Source: TPA_inf: Saccharomyces (lineage: Eukaryota). Taken from it: 64,000 nt of DNA. The stretch spans positions 928,001 to 992,000 of the forward strand of contig BK006941.2 in NCBI GenBank assembly GCA_000146045.2, in the 5' to 3' direction. The notes under the pieces were generated by a model that was not told the origin of the DNA, searched no databases, and worked only from the letters and a program-made list of their open reading frames with translations. Shown in pieces: positions 34,530 through 45,734 of the stretch; position 1 is the first letter of the stretch, and each line of letters begins with the position of its first letter. Position numbers and translations under genes: made by a program.

Positions 34530-34817
34530 TTACATGATTGAAGAGAACATCAAATACGTTACTTCATCATCATCCATCATCTCTTGTAAACTCTTACCCT
34601 TCGTCATAGCTGCTCTCTGTTCTGTACCCATAACAGACGCCTTAGTTGTGTCTACGCCGTTGATGTTGTCTAAGCTATGTGCAGGAACCGTATAGCCTCT
34701 CCTCATGTATGCGGTCGGTACCACAGCAGCGCCCACCAGCCCTAACATAATATATCTAAACTTTGGAGTTCTCACAACTCTTTGTGCCTCTGAGTATATT
34801 CCTGAATCTAACTTCAT
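34530..34817 (-). CDS. SPG1: Stationary-phase gene SPG1 (YGR236C), 95 aa, a small mitochondrial membrane protein.
   Basis: 95-aa ORF with one TM segment (LGLVGAAVVPTAYM). Position matches. Confidence 0.7.
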   Translation of the reverse strand: MKLDSGIYSEAQRVVRTPKFRYIMLGLVGAAVVPTAYMRRGYTVPAHSLDNINGVDTTKASVMGTEQRAAMTKGKSLQEMMDDDEVTYLMFSSIM

Positions 34818-35297
34818 TTCAGTAAACTTTGTTTGAATTTTATGCGCTAAATATTTGTATTGATTGTATTTATTGATTCTGATCCTTCAGTAACACACAT
34901 TCCAAACTATCCTGGATAATGTGAAAGAGATTTGGCAGTTCAATTTATATGAAGAAGACCCTCACGTCGCGAAGCATTTTTAACAGTGTTATCCCAGTAT
35001 CCCGTAATTCTTCTCTTCATCCAATGCTGGCCATTACTCCATTTATTGGGGTGATGTAGGCTTCTTATCCCTTTTAAAGGGTACCTTATTGATCTCCCTT
35101 TTCGGTGCGGCTGATGAAATCTATAGAGCAAACCGAAGTAAAACAAAATTACGAAAAGAAATATAACATTATATCTTTATCAAAATGTATGTATGGAGGA
35201 GTAACAGCTGAAAACCCCCGTTGTGAGTGGTTTATGATTGTTTTCACGCTTATTTTGTCTTCTATATCTTTGCTGATTTTACTTGTATTAATCCGGT

Positions 35298-37655
35298 TCA
35301 TCCGAAAACTTTTTTGAAGATCGAGCCAAATTTACTTTTTTTCTTCTTTTCAGACCTTTTAAATTGATGGTCGTTTGTTGAGGATGAGGAACTGTCCTTT
35401 TTGCTGTTGCCTGATTTGGTGCTTTCGGTAGTTTTCGTCCTTGAAACGTGGTTGTGGTGATGGTGGTGGTGATGCGCTTTTCTCTGTCCTGAAGAAGATG
35501 AAGTGGAGGATGTTCTGGGTGATAGCCCTGCGGATTTTGTTTTTCTCATTGGATGTGAAGTGAACTTCATTTTCGGATCCTCATTGTCCCATTTTAGTGC
35601 TGTCTTGATATGAGGCGTAGAGGCAGTTTCGTGGTTGTAAATGTCATCAACCATGGACTTTACTTTATAAATGCCGTTATTGTTGAATTGTATTCTTGAA
35701 CTCCGCTTTGAGCTGCGCCTCGAATTTCTCGATTCTATAGGAGTTAGCTTTCGGCCAGAACTGTCGTACTTCATAAGAGTGTTATCATCCAATAGTACTT
35801 GTCTCGACGGTTTTGGTCTAACATATCCCATCTTATCGAAGAATTCCATTTCTTCCTTTTTTTCAGGTGAGATTGGGAAGTACTCATTTACAGAGGTTAC
35901 TGACTCATCACTATCGCTTTCTTCATCATCCGAATCAACCACTTTATGTTTTGTGAAAGGGTTTTCCAAAGTTCTCCTGATTAATGCACTTAGCCATTGC
36001 AATCGTTCCTTTTTTCTCACTTCCGTTTTCAAATCATCGCTGTTGTCCTGTTCATCTTTATCCACTCTAGGTTTTATTAAAAGCTCAGGCTTGATGAATT
36101 CGAATGGGACAACAAATGCTGGCATTGCAAAGTGTTTCATTAAAAAAAATGGTAGTTTCACTTTTCCATTTCTAAACTTGATTTGAATGTTGGCACTAAC
36201 GGTGCTGATTACTTGCAAACTTGGCCTATACAGAGAGGTCGCAGATATTATGGCTGATCTTGTTGAATTTTCTTTTACCATCTCAATACTAATCCTAACT
36301 ATTTTAGTTGCCAATCTTCTCGCGTAGTAATTTAAAATATCGCTACAAGTTTGCTTAGCCTCATTATGAATAGCTTCTATTCTTATTCCCGTTGATAAAG
36401 GACTAGAGAGATCCGGGCCTATAAGGCTATGTGACGCGGTAGTCATGCTTTCACTAGTATTGCTAGTCATCCTTTCTAAGCGGTGCCTTCTTTTCTCCTT
36501 ATATGCTAGAGTATCAATCTTTGCTTCAAACTCAGGAATTGTAGTAATTATGACTAAATGATCACCATTTCTTGTCAAATTTTCAACATACCAGTCCACA
36601 GATGACCAAGTATATCTCCTACCTGATATATAACACGAAACAACTCTTAAATCTACATCGTCATCTTTGTCTTTGCAATTGAGCTTTTCTTTTGTATTGG
36701 AAATATAATTTTCATAGTCTGGATGATCAATTGTCATTGAAATTGCATTGTGAACAATTGTAGGCCTTGATGGATAAATTGCTGCTAAAGGGTCCGTCAC
36801 GTTGCTTGAATCCGTTTTTGACTCTGTTGTGTTCAAATAGACTGGAACTTGCTCACCAAAATCAAATTGATCTATTTTAGTCTTGTTCGATCTTCCTTTA
36901 CTTATATAAAATTCCTCTAATTTGGCTAATTCTTCGTCTGTCATCCCGGCAAACGACTTGGACCTTTTCTTTGAGCTCTCCATATTTTCGCTTTCGGATA
37001 AATCTACCATTGACTTGGTCTCAATTCTATCTTCAACTTCATTAAGATTGGCAAATGCAGCTTGCGTATAGCCTTTCCTTGATCCAGAATTTTTTTGAGT
37101 GTTTCTTTCGGTCATTTTGGTCATTTTTCTTTCCAGCTCAAAATCCAAATCACCAATATCAATATCATCAATAGGGCCCTGTTCATCAGCAGCTTTTCGA
37201 GATTTTTTTAGCACGGATACTTTTGGAGGGGGAGGCAACCTCACTGAAGTCCTTCTTCTTGACCTGAACATTGGAGACTCACTTCTACTTCTTTCAACGC
37301 TGGGCGATCTCAAATAGCTTTTGGAGGGATCATGTGCTGCAGGAGAAAATACCTGAGTATAGAAGTGAGGAACTCCAGATGTTGTAGACGTTGGAGTTCC
37401 TAGTTGTAGTGGCGAAGAAGCTTCTTCGTCTTCGGGTGAGTCCAAGCTTTCGTCAGTGGCAAGGTCATTAGAGCCATGGCTACCGGTCAAAGTATTTTTG
37501 TAAACAGGATTAAATTGTGGAGGTATATGTAAAAAATGATTATTCAAGCCAACATGGTGACTGTCATTTTTAATAATGGTAGCTTGGTCATCAATTAAGG
37601 AAGGTGCCAGATCATCAAACGAGATATGCTTAGTAAATGTCTTTGCAGATGACAT
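35298..37655 (-). CDS. YGR237C: Uncharacterized protein YGR237C, 785 aa.
   Basis: Full ORF of 785 aa with S/T-rich disordered termini and a poly-His tract (HHHHHHNH) near the C-terminus. Length and position match. Confidence 0.85.
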   Translation of the reverse strand: MSSAKTFTKHISFDDLAPSLIDDQATIIKNDSHHVGLNNHFLHIPPQFNPVYKNTLTGSHGSNDLATDESLDSPEDEEASSPLQLGTPTSTTSGVPHFYTQVFSPAAHDPSKSYLRSPSVERSRSESPMFRSRRRTSVRLPPPPKVSVLKKSRKAADEQGPIDDIDIGDLDFELERKMTKMTERNTQKNSGSRKGYTQAAFANLNEVEDRIETKSMVDLSESENMESSKKRSKSFAGMTDEELAKLEEFYISKGRSNKTKIDQFDFGEQVPVYLNTTESKTDSSNVTDPLAAIYPSRPTIVHNAISMTIDHPDYENYISNTKEKLNCKDKDDDVDLRVVSCYISGRRYTWSSVDWYVENLTRNGDHLVIITTIPEFEAKIDTLAYKEKRRHRLERMTSNTSESMTTASHSLIGPDLSSPLSTGIRIEAIHNEAKQTCSDILNYYARRLATKIVRISIEMVKENSTRSAIISATSLYRPSLQVISTVSANIQIKFRNGKVKLPFFLMKHFAMPAFVVPFEFIKPELLIKPRVDKDEQDNSDDLKTEVRKKERLQWLSALIRRTLENPFTKHKVVDSDDEESDSDESVTSVNEYFPISPEKKEEMEFFDKMGYVRPKPSRQVLLDDNTLMKYDSSGRKLTPIESRNSRRSSKRSSRIQFNNNGIYKVKSMVDDIYNHETASTPHIKTALKWDNEDPKMKFTSHPMRKTKSAGLSPRTSSTSSSSGQRKAHHHHHHHNHVSRTKTTESTKSGNSKKDSSSSSTNDHQFKRSEKKKKSKFGSIFKKVFG

Positions 37656-38038
37656 CTTCTATTATTTTTATTAGATATTAGCAGTTTGCCAGGGATTACA
37701 GCTTCTCCCTTATGTACAGTGCGACAATATTCTTTTTTTCAATGTGTCTTTTTATTCATTCTTCTGAACAGTTTCGCTTCGTTAAGGGTCCTTCTGGCTT
37801 TCTAGAGGCATGCTCACCTAAAATCCCCCTAGAAAAGCGGGCTCTTTACCCGGCGAATAATAATAACCGCGGCTACTAATTTTGCACCATTGAATATTAA
37901 CCTCAAAAGGCTTAGTTGGCAATTATATTCTCCTTCTATTAATACTTAATGTTTACAATGTCCTTATAGGTGTTTAAATATATTTTTATATACTTTGTAC
38001 ATATTGACTTCCCAGTGCGTAACAACGTCTTCCAATGA

Positions 38039-40687
38039 CTATTTTTTTTGTTCGAGAGTATATAGTTTTTTTTTTAAAGCTAGCAGTTCGTCCTTGAGGG
38101 AATCTCTATTTTCTTTCGACATATACAGTTCCGCTTTCAGATTGTTGATTTTCATTCTGTGGAACGCATCAAAATTTCCATGAGTGATGGCGCCACGCTG
38201 TTCCTGCTTGTCATCCTGTTCAGCTTGTTCAGTTTTAATTCTATCAATCTCCTTCTGTAAATCGTCGTTGTTTTTACGATATTTTTCGAGCTCGGATTGT
38301 GATAGGTGAATAGCCTTCTTTGTTAGGTCCATAGACTTCGAGCTTCCATCAGAGAGTTTTCTTAGCGCATCCAACTTGTTGTTATTGTCGAGTAAATTAG
38401 CCCGCAAAGAATCTCTTTCATCATTAAGCTTCTGAGTTTCAAGGTGCAATTTCTCTTTAGCACGCACGGTTTCGTGCATTTCATTTATTACTTTTTCTAT
38501 TTTGTTCAGCGAATCTTTCTCATATATTTGATTATCTTTCTCACTTGAAGGTGGCCGTGCACTGGTAGGATAGCTTTTTAATAATTTACCCAGATAGCAG
38601 GACGATTCGTTCAAATAGGTATGAAGTTCGGGGGTTATTTTTTGCATATTATTTACAAGTATTTCGTTCTGGCGCTTCAAAACATCACATTTATTCTCAA
38701 GATCGATGATATCCCTTTTAATAGTGACATGTTCGGAGCATGTTTTAAGTCCATTATTTTGAATCGTAATTTGGTCACAGAGTTTACTTGCCTGAGATAA
38801 TTTGACCATCAATAAATTTTTTAAATCATTAATTCTAGATTCTAAAAAGGTTTTCTGAATTTCTAGATTTTTAAGCCGTGCTGTTTGAAAATTTGAATCT
38901 TTTGAAGCTTCTTTTATTACCATGAGTCTCTGGACTTCCTTTTCTAATTGTGAAATATGTCTAGCAGTTTCAAGTTCCTTTTGTTGAGCTTCGAGACGTA
39001 ATGTTTGTAGGTTCAGGTTTAAATCATCAAAAAGATTTTTGGGAATTCCTTTTTGACATGATGTGTCCTTATATGAAGAAGAGCCATACTCTTCTGAATC
39101 CACTGTTAGTCCTCGTAGAACAGGGAAATTTTTTTTAGATACTTTGATACCAGTTCCCGGACTTTCCTTATTGATGCTTGAATCAACTTTGGAAGATTGG
39201 GGTTTCTTTTCCTCCCTATCTGATTTTCGTTCAAATGCCTTATCATCCAAAGCGCTGGAGTAACTTCCAGCCCCTTCATCAATATCATTATAACTCAAAA
39301 CTTTGCTATCAGGCAATCTTGGTGTAAGAATGTTTATTATCTCTTGATTTTCACTTTCGGTAGACTTAGAGGGTGTAAAGCCCCCGGAAAGACTATTAGA
39401 AAAACTTTCTCCTGCATGTAGTGATTCACACATTATTCCTGGGCATAGCTCATTCAAAGATGATAAATCTAAGGTATACAGTAAAGTTCCTTCGCCTTGG
39501 TCAGTTTCTGAAGTTTGTAGATCGTGAATATTTGGGCTGGCATAGTCAGTTTTGTCGCCACCCATGATAAGAAGCTTCTCATTCTTCATTAAGGTTAAAG
39601 AATGTCCAGAGCGTTCTTGAGGTATGCCCTCCTTCATACGGGGAAGCTTATACCATTTTAGCGATAATAAGTTTAAAAAATAGACATCGTTGGAATATGC
39701 GTTATGGGTATCCTTACCGCCTAACACACACATTAAATGTTTATACACCACACTAGCATGCTCTTGTATTGGCGGAGGCTTTTCTCCTGTGGTTTTAACT
39801 TTAGACCACTCACTTTGTGCTGGATCGTAGCGGTATGTATCATTGCTTATTGTCTTGGGAGTTTCCCCGCCGAATACCCATAATTTGTTGTCATATGCCA
39901 CCATTGTATGATTTGTTAAAGGAGGAGGCAGGTCGCCGACAGGCTCTAAAAATTCCCAATGAGAATTCGGCCTACGGAATGATGATAAATCAAAGACGAC
40001 CAGATCGTTAAAATAAGTTTCATCTACTTGTCCGCCAAAAAGATATAGTTTAGTTTGCATAGGGTTGCTAGCAATTATAGAAATTTTATGGCCGTACCTG
40101 CCCAACGGCCTACGGCCGATAGGTTGTGGTATGGTCCACTTATAAGAATTAATATTGAAAAGATAAAGATCATCATCCAACAGTCCGTTCTTATTCAGCT
40201 TGTGTGTGTCGCCACCAAACACAACATAGGCATTACCGCATATAGTAGAGGCATGTCCCACTCTTGGGGGAGGTGTATTTTGATCAATATCGATTCTCTT
40301 GGAAGTAAAGCTCGTACCATCCGCGTTAGCGGCTATTTGCCAGACATCCCCATATACCGATTGATCGTGAAGTCCACCGGTCACAAAAATCCTGTTATCA
40401 TTCGTAACAATAAATGAGGAAGAGTGTCGATAACGGGGAAACGGAGAGTTTTTTAGTTTGACCCTATTCCAAATATACTTCCCTGTATTCTTACTCTCTG
40501 GAGACCAGGGAAGAGCAGTCGACGCGCCTGATATGCCTCTATGCTGGTTTGGAGGTAGCGTAGGTGTTACTATTCGCGTATTGTTTCGATTATCCATAAA
40601 AACTATTGGTCTGGGTACACTTTGCGCTGAAATCAGAGAAGGTCCCGTGTCCGTAGGTACCTTATTTGTCAGCTTGAAAGGTACCAT
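38039..40687 (-). CDS. KEL2: Kelch-repeat cell-polarity protein KEL2 (YGR238C), 882 aa.
   Basis: N-terminal six-bladed kelch propeller (repeated GG...Y...W motifs) and a long C-terminal coiled coil. Length and position match. Confidence 0.92.
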   Translation of the reverse strand: MVPFKLTNKVPTDTGPSLISAQSVPRPIVFMDNRNNTRIVTPTLPPNQHRGISGASTALPWSPESKNTGKYIWNRVKLKNSPFPRYRHSSSFIVTNDNRIFVTGGLHDQSVYGDVWQIAANADGTSFTSKRIDIDQNTPPPRVGHASTICGNAYVVFGGDTHKLNKNGLLDDDLYLFNINSYKWTIPQPIGRRPLGRYGHKISIIASNPMQTKLYLFGGQVDETYFNDLVVFDLSSFRRPNSHWEFLEPVGDLPPPLTNHTMVAYDNKLWVFGGETPKTISNDTYRYDPAQSEWSKVKTTGEKPPPIQEHASVVYKHLMCVLGGKDTHNAYSNDVYFLNLLSLKWYKLPRMKEGIPQERSGHSLTLMKNEKLLIMGGDKTDYASPNIHDLQTSETDQGEGTLLYTLDLSSLNELCPGIMCESLHAGESFSNSLSGGFTPSKSTESENQEIINILTPRLPDSKVLSYNDIDEGAGSYSSALDDKAFERKSDREEKKPQSSKVDSSINKESPGTGIKVSKKNFPVLRGLTVDSEEYGSSSYKDTSCQKGIPKNLFDDLNLNLQTLRLEAQQKELETARHISQLEKEVQRLMVIKEASKDSNFQTARLKNLEIQKTFLESRINDLKNLLMVKLSQASKLCDQITIQNNGLKTCSEHVTIKRDIIDLENKCDVLKRQNEILVNNMQKITPELHTYLNESSCYLGKLLKSYPTSARPPSSEKDNQIYEKDSLNKIEKVINEMHETVRAKEKLHLETQKLNDERDSLRANLLDNNNKLDALRKLSDGSSKSMDLTKKAIHLSQSELEKYRKNNDDLQKEIDRIKTEQAEQDDKQEQRGAITHGNFDAFHRMKINNLKAELYMSKENRDSLKDELLALKKKLYTLEQKK

Positions 40688-41186
40688 AGCTACTTAAGGG
40701 GTTGCCTGCCTCATCCAAATCATTTTTTTTTTTTGTTACAACCTATGCTAAAATTCACGTGTACGCATTTCAAAATTGAAAAAAAAAAGAGCAAGCAACA
40801 CCAAAACCAAACTTCATAATAAATTAGTATCCCAAAAGACCCTTTCACAAGGTAATTACTTCCTTCGAGACTAATTCGGGTTTTGCGAAGCTTTTTTTTT
40901 TTTCTTCACAGTTTCTCCCAAGAGAAGAAAAAATTCACAAGCGTGTCATTTCGTGCAGCTTACATCAGCACAATCCATGCACAAAAAAGGTGTAGTAAGT
41001 TTTAAACGAGAGAGATGGGCATGACAGTAGGTAGGGCATGCATCTGCAGGAGTGAAGCTGCGATACTCCTCAGCGCAGAGAACACATAAGGGCACATATT
41101 CATGATTTTGATATTCTTAGCTATCTGTAAACATATATCAACGTATGTAGTAGTTACAAGAGGTACAATTGTAGAAACTGCCTATA

Positions 41187-42053
41187 TCAATCAAGTATGT
41201 CTTTGTGAATTTCGTCCTTGACGAAAATGTGCCTGTTTCCGACCAGTTCCCCGTTGTTGGATGAGAATAACTCGCTTGCGGAATTTCCATCTGCATTTTT
41301 CTTTAAAGTCACGTCACCGCTACTAATGTTTCTCATTAACTGAATAAACTTCGACTCAGATAGTTTTGATTCGACAGAGGAGGAAAGAGTAGAAGAGGAG
41401 GATGCAGACGAAGGCGGTGGAGTACAGCATTTTACTATATCTGTGGCAATCCTTTGCAGTTCCGACTGATCTTGGTCGAACCATTTCTCGTCCCGACGTG
41501 TTATGGGCTCGTACCGCTCTTTTTGAATTTCTCTCTCCAAAACTTGGAACTCCGCGTCGAATTGAAACGCATCCGTTGGGTTGTCCCGGTTTCCTTGGCG
41601 TTGCTGTCGAAGCGTCTTTTGAGGTGGGTAAGTGCAACTTGTCTTCCTTATCATACAATTCTTAAAAGGTAAGTGTTGTCTGCTTGAATTCAGGCGCTGC
41701 TGTGACTCGTAATTGGAATACAACCTTTTATATTCTGAGCTAAACTCTAGTGAATCGTCAATCTTCATAGACGAGAACTGCGGAACCCAATCACTGGAAT
41801 CTACAGTGTTGTTTGGAGTAATGAAGGTTAATGGAGAGGGTTGATTTTGATACCTTACATTGTCAATGCCGTCAAAATTACTACCATTATGCAAAAAGTG
41901 TTTTTCCACATGCGAGTCTTCAGTGGCATAGTGTGCTGTTAATTCCGTATGGGCCAGCTTGGTGCGTTTTGACGGTATTAAGGAATCATTCTGTATGCGA
42001 TGCCCTTGTTGGATAATCTTTTCTATCGGGCTTGTATGGCAGACACTGGGCAT
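41187..42053 (-). CDS. PEX21: Peroxin PEX21 (YGR239C), 288 aa, the Pex7 co-receptor.
   Basis: Length and position match. The protein is disordered and Ser-rich. Confidence 0.8.
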   Translation of the reverse strand: MPSVCHTSPIEKIIQQGHRIQNDSLIPSKRTKLAHTELTAHYATEDSHVEKHFLHNGSNFDGIDNVRYQNQPSPLTFITPNNTVDSSDWVPQFSSMKIDDSLEFSSEYKRLYSNYESQQRLNSSRQHLPFKNCMIRKTSCTYPPQKTLRQQRQGNRDNPTDAFQFDAEFQVLEREIQKERYEPITRRDEKWFDQDQSELQRIATDIVKCCTPPPSSASSSSTLSSSVESKLSESKFIQLMRNISSGDVTLKKNADGNSASELFSSNNGELVGNRHIFVKDEIHKDILD

Positions 42054-42770
42054 GGTATTCTAGTTTGGTCTTTATAATTTTTCACCTGTTTCTTTTTGAA
42101 ACAAAACCAAAGTATGCGGCGTCAACCTTGACTATATTCTCTTAAATATATATCTGCCGTTCTATCAGAGGTTTGAACATTGCCAATGCCTTAAAGAAAT
42201 ATTTAGTCATCCCATCTCCGATTATCGGCACTAGTTTCCATTTTTCCAGCGGAAAGATAAAAAGAAACGGAAAGAAAAAAGGCCGACAAATAAACCAAAC
42301 GGTATTCGTAGACCGATGACAATACGACTACAATTAAGGTAGCGCGCCTCACTATGATGTGGATCAGCCTCACATTCAGAGCAATTTGTAGTACAGCAAA
42401 GTTGCCGATGTCGTCTTCGTGAACCATTGTCAACGCAGATTAAGCACACCCTAAAACTTGAATAATGCAAATTCCATAGCTTAGTTTAATCAAGGCGCCA
42501 TTATTCCTCAGTTGAAAAGTATATCTAATGGTTAGGATTAGAAATATGTTCATTGCTCATTGTTATGTGTATCATATCGTACAAAAATTATATAAAGAAA
42601 TAATAATGAAAAAGAGTAAAACAAAGACAAATAGACAAAAATAGAGGATAGAAAAAGAAAAACAACAGATACATAAATAAGTCTTATGACAAAAAAACGA
42701 TTGTATAAAAATTAAAGTGCATGCCATTTTTACCTCCTTTTGCTTAACTTAAACTTTTCATTGCAATCAT

Positions 42771-45734
42771 TCATTTGTTTTCAGCGGCTAAAGCGGCTAC
42801 CTCAGCTCTCAACTTTAATCTACCGGACAGGATGTCACCAATCTTGTTGTATTCAGCCCAGTGAACTTCAAAACCCTTTCTTAATTCAACGTTGGTTTCG
42901 TTTTCCCAAAGGTTAGCAATTGGCTTGAAGGAAACGTGAGAACCATTAACACAGATAACAGCAGCAGAGTCATCTTCGTGCTCAACAGTTGGTACCTTTT
43001 CACCGTGAGTATCGAACTTGAATCTCAAAACCTTAGCGTCAGTGTTTGGAGAAGCTTCATTTTTCTTGTTCCATTGTTCGATAAACTTGATACATTTGAC
43101 AGCAAATCTGGAAGCGGTGACACGGTCTTTAGAAGATGGAACACCACCTTGTTGAACATGGCCTGGGATAGCAGTTCTAACACCAAACTTACCCTTGCTT
43201 GCTTCAGAGATGATGTCAGCCAACAATTGAGTGCTATATACGCTAGAAGCTTGTTCGTTTCTAACCAATAGCTTACCGTTTCTGTTTTCACCTTTGTCGT
43301 GACGAAAGTTCTCTTTTAATAGAGTTATATCTTCTCTGATAGAAGCTAAGTCGATCTTCTTTTCTGGAGTGTACACTGAAACAGCACCAGTGATTAAACC
43401 AGTGAAAGAAGCGATGTAACCAGAGTGACCACCTTGGACTTCACAGACGAAGACTCTTCTTCTTGTCGCAGAAGCACTCTGTTTGATGTCATCAGTGTAA
43501 TTGACTAATGCGTTCAAACAGGTATCAACACCAAGTGAGTATTCAGTACCTGGAACGTTGTTAGAAACAGTGGCTGGAATCAAACACATTGGAATGTTAA
43601 AGATTGGGTGTTGGGTTCTACCGTCACGCAATTGCTTCAAGGACCTGAAACCTTCAAAACCACCAAGAATAATCAAACCGTCTAGCTTGTTCTTTTGGAA
43701 GTAGTAAGCAATGGTACCCAAATCTTCTGAAGCAACAGATCTGTTCGTACCGATTTCGGAACCACCCAAGTTATGCCAGTTTTCGACATCAATCCATGAT
43801 AGTTCCTTCACTTCACCGGTTTGAATCAATCCACTGAAACCATTCATGATAGCGTATGGTTTATGGCCGTGAGACAAACAGTATAGAGTTGCGGCACGGG
43901 TGGCAGCGTTCAAAGCAGCAGATGGGGCACCAACATGGACAATACCAATGTTTAGTCTGTCAGATACTGGCAATAATTCGGAACCATCATCTTTAACGGT
44001 AGTGGATAAGAAGTTTTCGTAAAGTTCAATAAATTCTGTGTCTCTTAAAGAAATTGCCTTATCGAAATCTTTGTTTTCAATGGCAGTGGCAACAGATTTA
44101 GTCAACTTCACAGATTCAACCAATGGCATTCTAATTATCTTGTTTTCTAAAATACCAATTAATGGAGAAGGAGTTTCAGGGGTAAATTCCAGAACGGCCT
44201 TAACAGCATCGACACCTTGTAGAGTAGCTAACCATCTGTCATGAGCAACAGCTGTACCACCTCTTTGAACGTGACCTAGAATGGTTACCTTGGTGTCTAG
44301 ACCCAATTCAATCAAAGCATCTTTGACGTCATTGGCAGTAACAGGGTTTAATTGATCATCTAAAGCACCTTCAGCGACAATAATTGTGTTATTTCTTCTA
44401 CCCTTACTTCTGTGTCTTTGGCACACTTCCTTCAATTCGTCCTGCCATTTTCCGTGAGGAACAGCTCTTTCTGGAATAAAAATGTAATCGGCACCGGTAG
44501 CAATACCAGCCATCAAGGCCAACCAACCACAATGTCTACCCATAACTTCAACAACAAAGGCACGGGAGTGGGATTTAGCGGTGGCATCAATGTAGTCAAC
44601 CATTTCACAGATTCTTTCCAAAGCAGAATAAGCACCAATGGTAGAGTCAGTACCAGACATATCATTATCGATGGAACCGACAAGACCAACAATGGACAAA
44701 TTCTTGTATGGGGCGACTTCTTCTTTAGTGAATCTACCTTCTGCAACCAATTCATCAACCAAAGATGGCCATTCGTGTCTGAAAAGATCAGCACCGGTTA
44801 AAGAACCATCACCACCACAAACAACCAAAGCGTCAATACCTTGCGAAATTAAATTGCCTGCAGCTTGTCTACGACCCTCACGCTTTCTGAATTCCATAGA
44901 ACGAGCAGTACCAATCAAAGTACCACCTTCACTTAACCAACCTCTGACATCTTCCCAAGCCATTTTCTTTAAATATTTACCGCCTCTTAGTAAACCTTCG
45001 TAACCTTCGTAAACAGCAAAAACATCACAGCCGAAATGTATACCTGTACGAACAACGGCACGAACAGCGGCATTCATACCTGGAGAATCACCACCAGAAG
45101 TCATGACAGCAATCTTCTTCTTCTTTTGAGAAGAGCCCAATGTTTGTCTTAGTAAGTCAGAAGCATCGGAAGAAGCTCTAGAGATGATTTCGTCTTCGGA
45201 GGTAGCTTCTAAGAAAGCATCTTTGGAAGTTGGAGCGGAATCGGTTGCATTAGCTAAGCCTGAGAAGGTGATGTTGTTGCCCATTGGATCTTTCAAAAAC
45301 ACTAAGGTATCGGACAATTTTTCGGCTTGTTTTGGGAATTTCTCGACAATCTTGTTCAAATCAGTAGAGAAATAAGTGATTGTGGCGGTTTCGTTGGTGT
45401 CGAAAGTTTCATCGATTGGAGCAGACATCACTAAACGAATCTTTAATAGAGCACCTTGACTTTGAGCCTTGTTAGTAGCTTCTTGTTGTGGTATACGGAA
45501 CCCAGAAGCATCAACCTCACTCAACTTGAAAGATTCTAACCAAACTTCTCTCAAGGAATCTTGGGAAGTCCCTGAAGATAGTAAGCTATTTTCACCATGT
45601 TTGAATTTGTTGAAATCTTTCACAGTTGCAAATCCTAGAGTGTGATAAAAGTGAATGGTCTTCTTGAATAAAGCTTCATCATTTGTGATGATAGATCTGA
45701 ATGCAACACCGTAGCATGAATCTTGAGATTGCAT
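42771..45734 (-). CDS. PFK1: 6-phosphofructokinase alpha subunit PFK1 (YGR240C), 987 aa.
   Basis: Duplicated PFK domains with GGDGS motifs (VVCGGDGSLTGA, IILGGFEG). N-terminus MQSQDSCYGVAFRSI. The 987-aa length matches. Confidence 0.95.
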   Translation of the reverse strand: MQSQDSCYGVAFRSIITNDEALFKKTIHFYHTLGFATVKDFNKFKHGENSLLSSGTSQDSLREVWLESFKLSEVDASGFRIPQQEATNKAQSQGALLKIRLVMSAPIDETFDTNETATITYFSTDLNKIVEKFPKQAEKLSDTLVFLKDPMGNNITFSGLANATDSAPTSKDAFLEATSEDEIISRASSDASDLLRQTLGSSQKKKKIAVMTSGGDSPGMNAAVRAVVRTGIHFGCDVFAVYEGYEGLLRGGKYLKKMAWEDVRGWLSEGGTLIGTARSMEFRKREGRRQAAGNLISQGIDALVVCGGDGSLTGADLFRHEWPSLVDELVAEGRFTKEEVAPYKNLSIVGLVGSIDNDMSGTDSTIGAYSALERICEMVDYIDATAKSHSRAFVVEVMGRHCGWLALMAGIATGADYIFIPERAVPHGKWQDELKEVCQRHRSKGRRNNTIIVAEGALDDQLNPVTANDVKDALIELGLDTKVTILGHVQRGGTAVAHDRWLATLQGVDAVKAVLEFTPETPSPLIGILENKIIRMPLVESVKLTKSVATAIENKDFDKAISLRDTEFIELYENFLSTTVKDDGSELLPVSDRLNIGIVHVGAPSAALNAATRAATLYCLSHGHKPYAIMNGFSGLIQTGEVKELSWIDVENWHNLGGSEIGTNRSVASEDLGTIAYYFQKNKLDGLIILGGFEGFRSLKQLRDGRTQHPIFNIPMCLIPATVSNNVPGTEYSLGVDTCLNALVNYTDDIKQSASATRRRVFVCEVQGGHSGYIASFTGLITGAVSVYTPEKKIDLASIREDITLLKENFRHDKGENRNGKLLVRNEQASSVYSTQLLADIISEASKGKFGVRTAIPGHVQQGGVPSSKDRVTASRFAVKCIKFIEQWNKKNEASPNTDAKVLRFKFDTHGEKVPTVEHEDDSAAVICVNGSHVSFKPIANLWENETNVELRKGFEVHWAEYNKIGDILSGRLKLRAEVAALAAENK

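Noticed and set aside
34940-35146. 68-codon basic ORF on the minus strand upstream of SPG1; also the paired 104- and 106-codon ORFs at 31168-31754.
   Set aside because: Their composition is typical of random ORFs in intergenic DNA (R/K/H-rich with no hydrophobic core or motif). The 31168-31754 pair overlap each other on opposite strands, which argues that both are chance.
40756-40761. CACGTG E-box about 70 bp upstream of the KEL2 ATG.
   Set aside because: A bare 6-bp palindrome occurs frequently by chance. Unlike the HSV2/AZR1 and SMI1/BNS1 sites it lacks extended symmetry or flanking consensus, and it is very close to the start codon (probably within the 5' UTR).
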